This document shows, piece by piece, positions 35,719-48,889 of a stretch of 64,000 bases of DNA (within the stretch, counting starts at the first letter, position 1; each line of letters begins with the position of its first letter). Source of the DNA: Zygnema circumcarinatum SAG 698-1b (lineage: Eukaryota; Plantae; Zygnematophyceae); the NCBI GenBank assembly GCA_037447605.1, contig CM074819.1, positions 1,448,297 to 1,512,296 of the forward strand, given 5' to 3'. The translations under genes and the position numbers were made by a program. The notes beneath the pieces were generated by a model. It worked only from the letters and a program-made list of their open reading frames with translations. It searched no databases and had not been told where the DNA came from.

Positions 35719-38700
35719 TCAAAAGGAGGGGGAATCTGAAGCCGAACCGGAGCTCGATGACTGCCCCTGATGGAAACGCACCATGGCCTCTTGCAGCAGC
35801 TGTAGGTCTCGTGCAAGCTTCACGTTTTGGCGCATAAGCCCCTCCTTCTCTTCTCGGAGTTTGAGCAGTTGTTGCCGCAGAACCTGCATGCCATGATCAC
35901 AGTTAAAAATGAGACAGAGCACAACCAAAGTACAAAGATTTGCAGCAAGACTTCCTATTCGCAAACATGGAAATCATGCTAGAGAGTGAGAGAAGCAGAG
36001 GTAGAGAGAGAGAGAGGGGGCGGGGGTGAGGAAGACGGGAAGGGAGAGCGAGAGAGAGAGAGAGGGAAAGCAAGAGAGACGGTCACTTTCCAGCGAGGAG
36101 CTTTATACACACCCGCTCATCTGTCAAACTGCGGATTCCTCTCGAACGTTTCTGCTGCTCTTTTTCGATTTCCTCACATTGCACTTCCACTAACGCCAAA
36201 GTGGATCTCGTTCCATCCAGATCCCGAGTCAATCGCTTATAGTCCTCTGGAAAAAACATATCAAGGGCAATCTCAATATAACATATGCAGGAAACATAAC
36301 TTAAGAAGCCTCACCAAACCAAACAAGAGTACCCTCAGATTCACTCTAAGTAAAGCCGGTCGTGGATAATGCATGATAACTGAAGATGTAACACTACACA
36401 TTCCAAGCGTAACTCATAAGTAAAGCTAAATTTAGCGAGCACAGTAAATAAAGACGCAAAGACGAATAACATTGGACTTTAGACTACGCAGCGATTAACA
36501 GGTGACCTCAAAATAGAGGAGGTAGGACAGCTAAAGCTTCAGAAACCATGCAGAAAGAAGGAGGACGACATAATCTCCGTTGCACACTAAAAGTCACAAG
36601 TCATTCCATTTCGCAAAAGAGAACAGATCAGTTGACTTTTTTAACAACGTGCATACTCCAAAATTCACTTCATACATACACTTCGGTTTAACTAATGAAG
36701 TGCACAAAAACAGAGGGCAAACGGTTTGGTTGCTCTTTCCGAGATTGATGCAATCAAAATTGGGAGAGACTAATCAAGCCGACCGAGAAAGTGTCAGTTT
36801 GACGACTCCACCGTCAAAAACTCACAACACTCTTGTCACAGTCACATACACTGGAAAACTATCAAGGTCATTATCTTAAGGACATCTTGGACCAACACAA
36901 ACGCATAGACTTTGTCTACTCACATTCTCTACATTACAACCAACTTCCAAACCAAAACGAAGGCACGAAATGGGGAAACAGCAACAGTGGCAACGAAAAC
37001 AATAACAACAAAAGAAGGGCAGAATATCCTTACGTTGCATGGATGCCATAGTTTGAATGCTCGTTACTTGACGGAGATCAACATTCACACTATGCTGCCG
37101 ACGGAGAGATTCCCCTCCTTGCGACCACCCTTGTGGTGGTAACTTCTGGTTTGAACCGAGAGGCTCCTCTCTCCTCTGCTTGCCAACTGTGCTCCTGCCC
37201 AATCTCTCTCTATGCATCTTCCCTTGTCCATGTACTCCATTACCTCGCCCATCAGAAGCAGCATAGTATTGCCCCTTCTCCGAACCCTTTGGCGAGTCCG
37301 AACTCCCACTTGCACTTGCTGCTGCTCCTCCAAGCTGCAACTTCATGGAGGCAACTTCTAACGCGAGAGTATTATATCGCAGCGCCAAGTCTTCAATGCT
37401 TTCCTGAGTCTGTGCAGCTACTGCTGCCAGACTGATACTCTGTGCAGCTTTTCTGTTTACACTGGAAGGCATCAGCACAGACCTCGGAGAGTCGCTTCCG
37501 GAAGCAGGTCGATGAGAGTCGGTAGAAGAAAGGGGAGAGTCGCTAGAGTACCCATGCACAACGAGAGCAGTGCTTGTAACAGAAGTTGCTGTGTCCGCCA
37601 CTGCTGTCTCGGTTGCAGGTCTTTTGCCCGAGTAAAGACCATCTTTGTACTCTCCTGAGGTTCGTCCAAATATCTCCTCCATACTGATCTTAGACCAGCT
37701 GCTCCTTCCAGGATTTGGCAGCGTGCTTGGACTCACTCTCTTCACAGCCGCTACTCCACCTACCGACACGCCTTGAAGCAGTGGTCGCAGCAGAAGCTCT
37801 GCCAGCTTCATACCCTGCAAAGTTTCCGGGCCTTCAGGACAGGAGACCTGTCCAATATCCACCAACCAAACAAGCCTGTCGATATCTGCAGCCACAAGCC
37901 TTCTCACACTTTCTGGAATTCCTGCAGGCGTCAGAATCACCCTTGCAGTTTCATCCGGCTCCAGCCCATCCTCCAAATCCTGATCACCTGTGCTGCAAAT
38001 GAGGTCCTGTCTGACTAAAGTCAGAACTCTTGCAACTATCTCGCTTGCTCGCTGAAGATGAGAAATTTCCCTTGGACAGACGCTCGATATAGACCTTGCA
38101 AGGACCCGCTTCAGCTGAGCAACCGCCTCCGTTACTCCTTGAGATGCAAGAGTTCCGAGCGGACTGCTCAGAGGCACAAAGTCAAGTACATGTTCAAGAG
38201 CCGCATCTTGAAATCCTCTATCAAGCTCCCAGTCGCAGACTCCCTGCGTTACAAGGCGAGAACAGAGAAAAATCTCCAGAAACAGCTGCTGGAACAGGGA
38301 GTAGAATTGCAACATCCTTCCAGGAGCTTTCAGGGCAATCAATCCATGGCTTCTCCTTGCCCCTCCTTCTCCTCCACTTACTCCTGCTGCCAATTTTTCA
38401 GGCATTTGGCATCCCAGTCGATCCAGAACCTCATGCGGAACACCGATCAACCATTCTTCAGGAGATTCCAGCCTCCGAATGAGCTGTGAGAGGGGCAGGT
38501 GGCGCAGACTGCCGAAGAGCTGTCTGTATGCAGACATGGCTTCCGAGAGCTGCCGCTTCGGAGCCGACTCCTGCTCCCCTCTTCCACTTCCAGGGGCCTT
38601 CTGGCTGTGCAGCATAGCGGTCCTGAAGGGCATTCTCTCTCTCCCCAGCCCTTCACTTCTGCCATGAGACTGCTGCCGCTGAACACCTGCAAGCCCTCGC

Positions 38701-38975
38701 CCTAGAGACGGCTCACTGTGGCGCCGATGTTTGCGCAGAACAGGCAAGCTGTCAGGGAATATATCCGCTTCCATGGCTGCACCTTCACGATCTTCATACT
38801 CCTCCGCAGGAGGGAGCCCTTCCAAGCTCTGATGCCGCGACTCCGCTCTCTCTCCCACCTTTCCTCCCCCTGTTCCCCTGCTCACAACATTTGCATCTCC
38901 TGTAACTGCTGCCCTCCCATCCTTCCGCTGATGCTCCATCACTGACACCCGCGACATCACATTGGAGACATCCAT
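35719..38975 (-). CDS. Hypothetical protein of about 690 aa with a helical core and C-terminal coiled coils
   Basis: A non-repetitive open exon of about 1.9 kb runs from ATG 38975 (MDVSNV...) to a CAA|GTAAC donor near 37068. A phase-0 terminal exon encodes VLRQQLLKLREEKEGLMRQNVKLARDLQLLQEAM...PSF* (about 35884-35719). A perfect G-box lies upstream at 39245. Confidence 0.75.
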
Positions 38976-40258
38976 GGCCCGTTCCCCTCTCCTCCTCCTC
39001 CGTCTCCTAGACAACTCCCGCTATCTCCCACTATCCTTCTACCCGCGTTTCTCACTCTCTCTACGATACCTCTCAGCTAACCCTCTCCCTCTCCCTCTCC
39101 CTCTCCCTCTCCCTCTCCCTCTCTCTCCCTCTCTCAGCCCGGCGCCTGCACGGCGCGCGGGCGCGCAGAAAGCGCAGTTGACTGGACGGCAGCCATGACT
39201 GCCTGCGAGCTCGTCCTGCAGGACCCTCCCTCCCTGCACGCCTAGCCACGTGGCGCGCGTCCAGAGGCCGCAGCTGACAATCTTCGACTCCGGCAAATCA
39301 GCAAGCTCCTTTACACGTGCGATCGCGAAGGAGCGCATGGCTGGGGGCACGTGGCGGTACGCGAGAGGGCGAGACGCGCCAGGCGGGCAGCAGGCGAGGC
39401 GAGGCGCCCTGTCAGGAGCGGCGCCAATGACAGGAATTGAGCGAAGGCGAATATTGAGGGATCGAACTAAATGGGATATAACAGGGTTAAATTGGCGCAA
39501 GCCTCAAAGTTCAATTTAGGTTTTGGCGTGGCGGCTGTCAGAGGCGACCGGCCGGATTTTGGGGCGTCTTGACGGCGGGGTCGGTCGGTGACTGTCGGCG
39601 GGCTTGCCACTTTTCAGGGGCAGACGACCAATCACAGCCTGCCATGTCAGCAAATATACTAACGTGGCGAGCTTTTATTGGACCAGTTCTTGGAGTGGCA
39701 GATTTCCAGTTTGCCAGCCAGTGGCGCCGGCGAATGGTCCCCCGGCGGGCGGGCGGGCGGGCGGCGGACGGTTGGGTCAAGTCCCCAGGATCAAGAACTC
39801 GGGATCCACCATTTGAGGGTGAATTTCGATGGCATATGCCAATCAGGATGTGGCACGCCTGCAAAGTTTACCACGTGTAATGTTCTCATTCGATGCACGT
39901 CAGGTATGCCATCTGGGAATTTCCAGCCCTGGAACTCGTGCATGATGTAATGATGGATTAACTTTTTCGAAAGGTTGATCCAGGCCGTCGCAACTTGCAA
40001 AAACCATAAACATGACAGGCCGACCTCAACTAGATTTAGCTGTTTTTCAGAGGACCGAAAAACCGGAAACCGAGTGCTTGGTTTGCAACCGGCGAAGAGC
40101 CAGAAAGCGACGTTAGGAAAATTTACCCACAACAAAAAAAAAAAAAATATGCCGCCGGTGGTTGAACTACGAAAGTCTATTTTTTCACCGATGTGCTTTT
40201 TCAACGATTTAAAATAAAAACCCGACGGAATGTTTTTGTGACCGCGGCGGGCAGGCTA

Positions 40259-40817
40259 CCGTAAAACCGAGCAGGTTGAGAAATTGTTAAACGAATTTAC
40301 TTCATTTCTCAGTTCTCAATGTTATTGAATAGCGTTGGACTTTGAACACTCGAGGTTGAAACTTTTTCGATTTAAGAAAGCGAAAAGTTTAAGAAAAAGG
40401 TTCAAAGTCTCAATGTGTTCGGTCGCAAGTGTGGATTCCAATTTTTGCCACGTCGAGCGATCCGGTCAACCCGAGCTCCAGTTTTGCAGTAACAACTCTT
40501 CAGGCGGGCCAATCAACAATTTCTATATGGACCTCCGGGTCTAAGCGCTTTACAATCCACTACAATCTCATTGTTGATCGGTGGACCCAAGGAAAACTCC
40601 AATTGAACACGAACGATTATGACTTGTTCAATGTTCAATTGGTTCTCAACAAAAATCGTATTGAGAAAAAAAAGAATTCATTTCTCATTTCTCAAAACGA
40701 ATCGCCATAACAAAAAAAGGGCTTTTGTATGAGAAACTGGTTTTAATTTTTTTTTCTTTTTTTAGAAGCCAAAATCTTCAAGATAAAAAAGATTTCTCAA
40801 CCTGTTCGGTTTTACGG
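40259..40817. mobile_element. Non-autonomous Tc1/mariner-superfamily MITE (CCGT termini, Tc2/pogo-like)
   Basis: TIRs CCGTAAAACCGAGCAGGTTGAGAAAT and ATTTCTCAACCTGTTCGGTTTTACGG (26 bp, 1 mismatch), flanked by TA at 40257-58 and 40818-19. AT-rich non-coding interior. Confidence 0.85.
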
Positions 40818-42896
40818 TAGCGGCCTTGCGCGGTCAACTGCACCCGCCCGGCCTCAAATGGTCCCCGTTCCCGGGCAAGTACGTCAGAAATTTCCTCTCC
40901 TGACCGGACGGCGCTCAATCGTACGACAACCGAGGGGACGTACATTGTACTGTACCGAATTCCCGACCTGGTGGTGCCGGCTTTTGTCCCGACTGGCGAC
41001 TGACCTTGCCGATTACGGTTCCGTACGGTACTTCCACCCGACTTCTTATGCCGACTGACGACGACGGGGACAGTTCCGTCCGTCGTTTTCCGTCGACGCG
41101 GACCGTACGGTTTTGACCGTACAACTTTACTTTGTCTTTTGAACACGTGTTGCTACGTCAATCGGCGCCAATGCGCGAGATCTGCGGAATTTTGTCGGGT
41201 AGCGGTCCTGCTGAATCTGACGACCAATCAGAGTCGCACGGAAAGAATTGACCATTGACCGGCCGCCGGAGACAGCCCGTAGACCGGGTGGGTAGTTCTG
41301 CTTTCCGTACTTTTTGTGCCGGGCGGAATACGGATTCCGGAATTCTGTGGAATACTTCTCGTACAGAAGCGGCGTACGGTCGAAGAAGGATAATGGCGGG
41401 GTCGCCGGAGTGAGAATCGAGATCAAACGGACGGTCAGGATCGTGATGCCACGTGGAAGGTGGATCAGAGTCCTGCGCAGCGGAAGCGAATGGAGGGCTT
41501 AGTGGATCCTTGGGTCCACTGGGAGTGCGGGATCTCCGGCCTCGATGTATTTCCATAAAAAGATTGATCAGAGTTTCTTTGTTTTCTGCTGTTGTCGAGT
41601 TCGCAGTTCCGTTAGCCTCTTGCTTTGACTGCATGGAATCATAGATGACTCACTGTCGGTGCATGCTCTCACTCTCCAAGGCATGAATTTCACTGCATTT
41701 CTCTACAACCTCACACATTCATACAAAGGATACTCGAACCATCATCATCATCATCATCATCATGATTCCATCAAGCACTGCATCTTTCATCCATAATCAA
41801 ACATTGCAAGTCATGATCAACATAAGTTCTACACACAACTCCACTTCTCAATAGGTGCTATGGTCAAGGGGTCCTATAGCCAAGGGGCTATACTCAGGGG
41901 GCTTTGAAGAAACCCCCTTCAGGCTGAGCTGCTCCCTCCACTATCGATCACTCTAATCTATCACCATCTCCTTCACTATCTCCTCTAATTCGATGAGCGC
42001 AGTCGCAGCGCCTCCACTCCACTCCACACGCAAAATACTCGCCTGCTCTACACCTCAACTTCCAAGCAGCTGAGAATGCAGGGTTTGCAGCGACTTCCTA
42101 AGACAAAAACAATTCCGTTTCTACTATACAACGTTGCATCAGTACCTTCACAAAACTGTTCACTACAGCCCAAGAATAGCCGCCATCGCCTGCATGTCAG
42201 AGGCCGCAAACGCCGTGACGCTTGTCGCCTTGCACCGTTCCCTGCAACGGCGCGCCTTGCAGAACACTCGATCGCCATTTCACCGCCTGACTGCCAGCCC
42301 ATACCTTCACACTGTCCCCCCTCCGCCACACCCTCGCGCGGACTGTCCACACATAGCGGCAACGGCAACGGTTCTGTCAGTGCTCTGTCGCCCTGCTACA
42401 GTGCGTCGGAGTGCGGGAGCCCTCCTCTCCTCCTCCCGCGATCCTCGCTGCTCTTTATCGACAGCGCATTTCCGTCGCCCTTCAGCGGCGCCCCACTCCC
42501 CGCCCGGACGCTCCCTCGGCGTGAAGCCGCGGGCGGTTGTTGCTGGCGGTGTCGGTGGCCTTCCACCGCTAGCTCCCTCCCTCCCTCCCTCCCTCCCTCC
42601 CTCCCTCCCTCCGCGCGATGTGCGATTAACCGCGATGACACATCCTTTGCATCCTTGAAGTTAAATGATTTTGGTTGTTCAATCATTGTGATTAAACTTG
42701 CCCATTAGTCAACTTGGACTCTGCTGTTGCTGAAGTGGCAGTATTGGCTCAGAGGAAAGGCTTTTTGTTTAGGTCTTTAGCTTTATGCTTGTCCATTGGG
42801 CGCACATCAAAGAAATAACCCGTGTGCCCATTTAATAGTAAGCGGAAAATGCAGGAAAGGAGGACTTCAAGTTGGGGGCTTGTTATCATCTGCCAC

Positions 42897-45437
42897 CTCC
42901 CCTGACTCGAGACTTGAACGCAAGCATACACATACAGGAATCCGATGATCAATCCCACGTTATCAACTGAAAGTTACTCGTGATGAGCATTTCGTGCAAA
43001 AGGGAACGAATTACAACGTCTTGCAATGATCGCACACTACATATCGCGAGTTTCCATGCGGCGAACATTGCTATCTCAGAATGCGATCTACGATCCCTCT
43101 TGCTAGAGCACGCTTTCCAAACTTGCTTCCAAACTGCACACAACCCCCTCTGCCCCCAAAAAAGTTCCAAATCTCTAAGAAAATCATTCTGCCAATCCCG
43201 TCGCTTCCCTTCAGACTCTCATCGCGCAGTCCACACACGGCTCCCCGCCAGCTCTAGTACTCAGTTTTGAACACAACGCAGCGGCGAGACCATGGAAACA
43301 CGCCGTCCGTGTCGGGAGGCACATTGTACGGCCCGTTGCCGTTGTAGGCCACAGAGAACGCCTCCACGCGGAGAACAATGCAGCGACGGAGGAAGAAATC
43401 GACGCCGCGATCGCTCTGATAAGTGCGCGCCCTCAGAGTGGCGTCCTCCCCATTGAGATAAAACTGGTTCCCTGGAGACTCGTCCGTACGAGGGCAGCCC
43501 TTGAACGCGCCTCTCCCCGACTCGTCGACTTCCACCTTCACTGCGACTTCTCCGCCGACTTTCGCTGTACGGAGGCCGGGACTGAGAGGCTTCGACTCGC
43601 CGCTGCTCGCATTGTGAACCAAATGGAATGTGGGGACGTCCTTTTCATGGCCGGCGAAGAAAAAGTCGCAAAGCTCTTGTGGATTGGAGGGACAGACGTC
43701 TTGGCAAGGCGAAGGTGATGGGGATCTTTTCGGAGGAGGAGGTGGGGATCTATGCGGAGGAGGGGATGGGGATCTATGGGGAGGAGGGGATGGGGAGCTA
43801 TGGGGAGGAGGGGATGGGGATCTATGGGGAGGAGGGGATGGGGATCTATGGGGAGGAGGGGATGGGGATCTATGGGGAGGAGGGGATGGGGATCTATGGG
43901 GAGGAGGGGATGGGGATCTATGGGGAGGAGGGGATGGGGATCTATGGGGAGGAGGGGATGGGGATCTATGGGGAGGAGGGGATGGGGATCTATGGGGAGG
44001 AGGGGATGGGGATCTATGGGGAGGAGGGGATGGGGATCTATGGGGAGGAGGGGATCTATGGGGAGGAGGGGATGGGGATCTATGGGGAGGAGGGGATGGG
44101 GATCTATGGGGAGGAGGGGATGGGGATCTATGGGGAGGAGGGGGTGGGGATCTACGGGGAGGAGGAGGGGGGGATGCAAGGGGAGGAGGTGATGGTGACT
44201 CAATTTTGCAAAATTCGTCCTCTATAAAGGTTTCCTTATCGAAAACAATGCATCGACGGTCGTCTGGGTACTCCTCCTGATTGGTGTCGCCCCAGTGAAG
44301 GCTGTTCGTCCCTTCAGATGTTGCAACTTGGATCGATGAAAGGGGGACGAGCAAGCAGCTCTCGGAGAGCCATTCTGTTAACAGCTGTTCCACGGAAGAT
44401 ACACAAAGCAGAAATAAGGAAAAGCTCGAGTAGCCATTTGGGCGAATTCATTAAGGCACAGCGCTTGCACTCTCACTGTCTTTTTAACTTCCAAAATTGT
44501 ACTTCGAAAAAAGAACCTATCAAAATCATTCTGACCCCCGCAATGGAGTGTCGGCACCGCTTCAGCCCCCCCCCCCCTCAAAACGCTGCGATCGCATTTC
44601 CGCCGGTGGGGATCAGAGCTCGAAGCATCGCCTTACCTCTCCGAAAACTTCAGTGAGCGCCGATTTCTTGCAGAGCAATGCAGTGACGGCGTCCTTGTCG
44701 ACAAAGGCTTCGCCGCCGCTCACGGCGTCCTCCACGCTCCACTCCGCCGCCGAGTCAGAGCCTCCCCCCCAACTGCACGGACACCCGTCCATTGTTACAC
44801 CCCATCGCTTGCTTCTCAATATCTAATACATATAACTGCCACGTGGCGTAATATGAGTGGCTCGGCGGCTGAGGTGGCAGCTGACCTGGCCTCTTCGCTG
44901 TTGCCGAGGCGGAAGTCGCAGCGCTGCAGAGCGGCCGCGCCGCAGACACCTTCAGAGATCATCGCCGTCGCCGAAATTCCACTTAGGCCCGCCATGGCCG
45001 CGGCCACGGTCAGAGTCAGAGCCAGTCCCATCGCCGCCCTCGCGCTCATCGCCCTCATTGCCGCCATGGCCGCTTGCTCGCTCGCTGCCTCCTTCTGCCT
45101 TCCGCGCCGCCTCTTGTAAGCGCCGCCGATGTCGGTGCCGGCACGCCATTGGTGGACAGCACCACGTCAGCGCCGCCGAGCTAGGCTGTTTTGTCGCGAC
45201 GCGCCTAACCGGGAGTTGTCCTGAGCTGGCGGACGCCCACGAATCACGAGTCGTCACGTGGCTCCTTACGGTCATGGTTCGTACGGCATGCGAGCTGGCG
45301 ACCGGTCGGTCAGAGTTGGCGCCGCCGCACTTGCGAGAGCCAACCGACGCCGACCGGGGGGTCGCCGCGGACGGCGGTCGAACTTCGGTCGCTTCCGTAC
45401 AGTTCTTGAGCGGCGCGAACCATGCCTGCATGCATGG
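42897..45437. repeat. Inverted segmental duplication, arm 2 (partner 22414-24665)
   Basis: The reverse complement aligns to arm 1 across promoter, gene and 3' flank. Confidence 0.95.
43254..45067 (-). CDS. Secreted chimeric hydroxyproline-rich glycoprotein-like protein, copy 2 (complete repeat rod)
   Basis: Same three-exon structure as copy 1. About 18 units of a 24-bp repeat (about 43730-44200) encode SPSPPPHR. Intact frame ending RRCVVFKTEY*. Confidence 0.88.
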
Positions 45438-46014
45438 GTCATGGCTGGACCGACGCATTGAAATATTTGAAATTTCAAATTCATTTTTATTTTATTTCAC
45501 ATGTGTATCACCCAGCGAGAGTGGCAAAACTTCAACGGGAGCTGAAATTTGAATTTGGTTTTGTTTTTGGAATTTGGGAACATTAACGTGTTCAAACTCC
45601 ACATAAGCTACAGTATATAAAATTCCGAATTTTAAATGCTATATGATCAACTAATGCAATTATTTCATATTAAAATTCGAGAAAAAAGTTACACCCATCT
45701 TAGGGCATTCCAAAACTAGAATCCAAATGTATTTGCTCGAAATTTTAACTCGAAACTTTAACCCTTGATCTCTTGAAAATTTAAGCCCCAATTCCACCAG
45801 GTTCCACTCAACCACATCCACAAACCCCATCAACATCTGGATCCACTTCCTCCTTTCCATTCCACCTTCCACTCCTTCCCAAACAAAAAACATCGTCAGA
45901 GCCACTTTCCCACTCAGATCCACTTCTTAACCCTTAATCCAACATCTGGGTCCTCGAGATCCACCACTCTACGTCCACCCTTGAACCAGATCAAGAGTGG
46001 ATCCGCGTTACCCC

Positions 46015-47384
46015 TCAGGTCCCAAACCTCACGCTGCGGCTGAGCCCGGCCTTGATCCCGGTCGCCTGCCCTCCGTACGGCGCCGTCTCGCGCTGCGCGG
46101 ATTGGACCTGTCCCTTCCGCCGTACCACCGCCTTCGCGTGCTTCAACTGCACCCCCCCACCTCATATAAAGTTACAGTTACAGTTACAGTTACATGGATC
46201 CTCAAAAAATATATACTTTCTATGCTGTGTTTGGCTACCGCCCTCCCCCTCTTCCCCCCCTCCACCCACTTCCCCCGCTCCCCCCTCTCTCCCCTCTCTC
46301 CCCTCTCTCTCCTCTCCCTCCTCTCCCCCTTTGCCCCCTCTCCCCCCTCTCCCCCTTCCCCCTCCCCGTCCCCAACTCCCCCCACTACCTCCTCTACCCC
46401 CTCTCCCCCCTCGCCCCCTTCTCTCCCCCACTCTCCCCCCTCTCCCCACTCTCCCCACTCTGCCCACTCTCTCCCCTCTCCCCCNNNNNNNNNNCCCCTC
46501 TCTCCCCTCTCTCCCCCCTCTCCCCCCTCTCCTCCCTCTCCCCCCCCCTCCCCCCTCCCCCCAGAATTACAACGTACCTTGTACTTCTTGCGAGGATTCT
46601 TAATAGCTTTGTTCCGATGAGGTGTGAGACCACGATTTTTCGACATCTGCTCCCAAAACATAACAAAAATAGCCCACATAGTATTTTTAAAATCTCTAAA
46701 ACCATACAATAAAAACCTCCCGGAAGATCGTCCTGCCACTCTCTCCTCCGTCTACCATACATTCAATGAATACCCGAAAGGTCCCACTTGAAAAAAATAA
46801 TCATTATTTAACCAAAAAAATGGGAGAAAATCTCTTACCTCATAAGAAATCGATCTCTTCCCATCCGCCATCTCTTCCTCCGCCACTCCAACCTCCTCCC
46901 TCGAATATTTCGCCGACTTTTTGGCCAACTTTGCTGCCCGATTTTCTTCTGCTTCCCTGTAAAATTCGTCTTCTTCTGCCTCCGGTCCCCCCACTGCATC
47001 ATCACCTCCGACATCACCACCATCGCCTACATCATCATCATCGTCGAACACAACATCACCTCTTGTCGTTTTGCGGCTCTTTTTGTCCATTTCCTTCGTC
47101 TCAAAAGCTCTCCTCCTCTCTCCAATGGGTTCTCGAAGAGGCAAATCTGCGTCACCGGTCGGAAGCTGAAGAGAAGAAAAAGGAGAGAGAGGGGGTGGGG
47201 AGGAGTACAGAGATGAAAAAAAAAAACTGAAAATAGGTTCAAAAATTTACAAAGGAAAATCTCCGTTTTCACCAAAAATATGAGTATGTACTTCAGTTAG
47301 TGACTTTGGGTTTGTAGGGTTAGAGATAATGTGAGCACTGGAGGAGGAGGGGGAGAGGAAGAGGGGCGGGAGAGAGAGAGAGAG

Positions 47385-47427
<43 letters not shown>

Positions 47428-48807
47428 GGGGGGGAGAGAGAGAAGGGGTATGGTCCGGCAAAAAAAATGTACGGGGGAGAAGAAAAAAAAGAAGGAAGTA
47501 GGAAAGTGGGAGGGGGGGAGAGATTAGAAGGAAATAGAGGGGGAGAGAGAGGGAGAGAGGAGATAGCGAGAGAGGCCGCTGTGACGCATGTTAAATGAGG
47601 GAGAGAGAGCGAGTGACGGACGGAAGAGAAGGAGAAAGCATAGAGGTAGAGAGACAAGGAAAGCAAGGAAAGGGAGGGAGAGGAAGAAAGGTGGAAGGAA
47701 GAGAGAGGGAGAAGAAAAACCCCGTCTACCTCCCCTCTCTCCCTCTCCGCCCTTCCCTCAATTGTCCTCCCTCATATTACACTTCTCAAAAACGGCAAAA
47801 AATGTAAAAACATGCTCTCTTGAAAGAGAGAGGGGGGGAGAGGGAGTGAGAGAGGGAGAAGGAAATTTCAGACAGCTTGCCTTTATTTTTTTCTCCGGTC
47901 TGCCCGCCTCCGCTATCGCTTGCGATAATTTTCTCCTCTTCAGAAGACCCTCAGGGGGCCCTCCAATTTCTTTTTGGCCCAAATTTGAAATTTCTTCCGT
48001 TTTTACAATATCTGCTACATCGTCTTCGAAATCTTCGAGCAGTCCCGATAAACTGCCAACATAGAACGCTCCGCATTCCCAAAATTAGCCATTTATGTCA
48101 TTTATTTACTTATTTCCTGCTTTCTAAAAAGGTAACAACTAATAACAAAGTGAAATCCCATCCAATCAATAACACCAACTCCTAAATTTTCTAATTTTAC
48201 AATTTTGTAATTTTCTTTTCAAAATTCTTACGCGCTTCGATTTTTTCGCATTGCCCGAAGTCGAACTTTTTCTCCCTTTGAGAGGGGAACTCGGGCAAAC
48301 AAATTTTCCTCCTCCTCTGCCCTCTTGAGGAGTCTCTCTCTCTCTCTCTGCATCTCCCGACTCTCTCCCGCTCTCTCTCCCTCTCCCACCTCCTCCGGCC
48401 TCCCCTCCACCTCCGCCGCCAACTCTCTCACAAAGGCACTGTTCCTCATCGCTCTCTTCCTCTCCATTCTTTCCAAATTTCGACTTTCTCGCGATTTTTT
48501 TTCTTCCTCCATTGCAGCCGGGGCCAGTTTGGGAGGGCGATAAAGACCCCCACCACTCTGAAAAAAAAAAAAAAAACAAATAGATGATTAATTAGATAAA
48601 TAAAGAGAAGGAAAAGATAGGGGAGGTTATGATGTTAGAGGGTGGATTTAGTATATCGCAAGGTTTTTTTTTTTATAAAGAATGGGCAAAAGAGAAAAGG
48701 ATGGAGGGAGATTTTCATGTAAGGGAAAAGGACTGCAAAGGTTTCACTACCGGCAAGTTCGGCCAAACCAGGTCAACTTCGGAGATATATCTCTCTCATT
48801 TGTGTGG

Positions 48808-48889
<82 letters not shown>

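Noticed and set aside
41158-41634. Minus-strand ORF containing RRSRTPSGPKDPLSPP, reminiscent of a CLE peptide (RxVPSGPDPLH)
   Set aside because: There is no signal peptide, an in-frame stop lies just upstream of the ATG, the motif has an insertion and lacks the terminal His/Asn, and it is not near the C-terminus. Probably chance.
41930-42045. Possible miR159/319-like hairpin
   Set aside because: There is no match to the mature sequences I recall, and pairing between the arms is weak.
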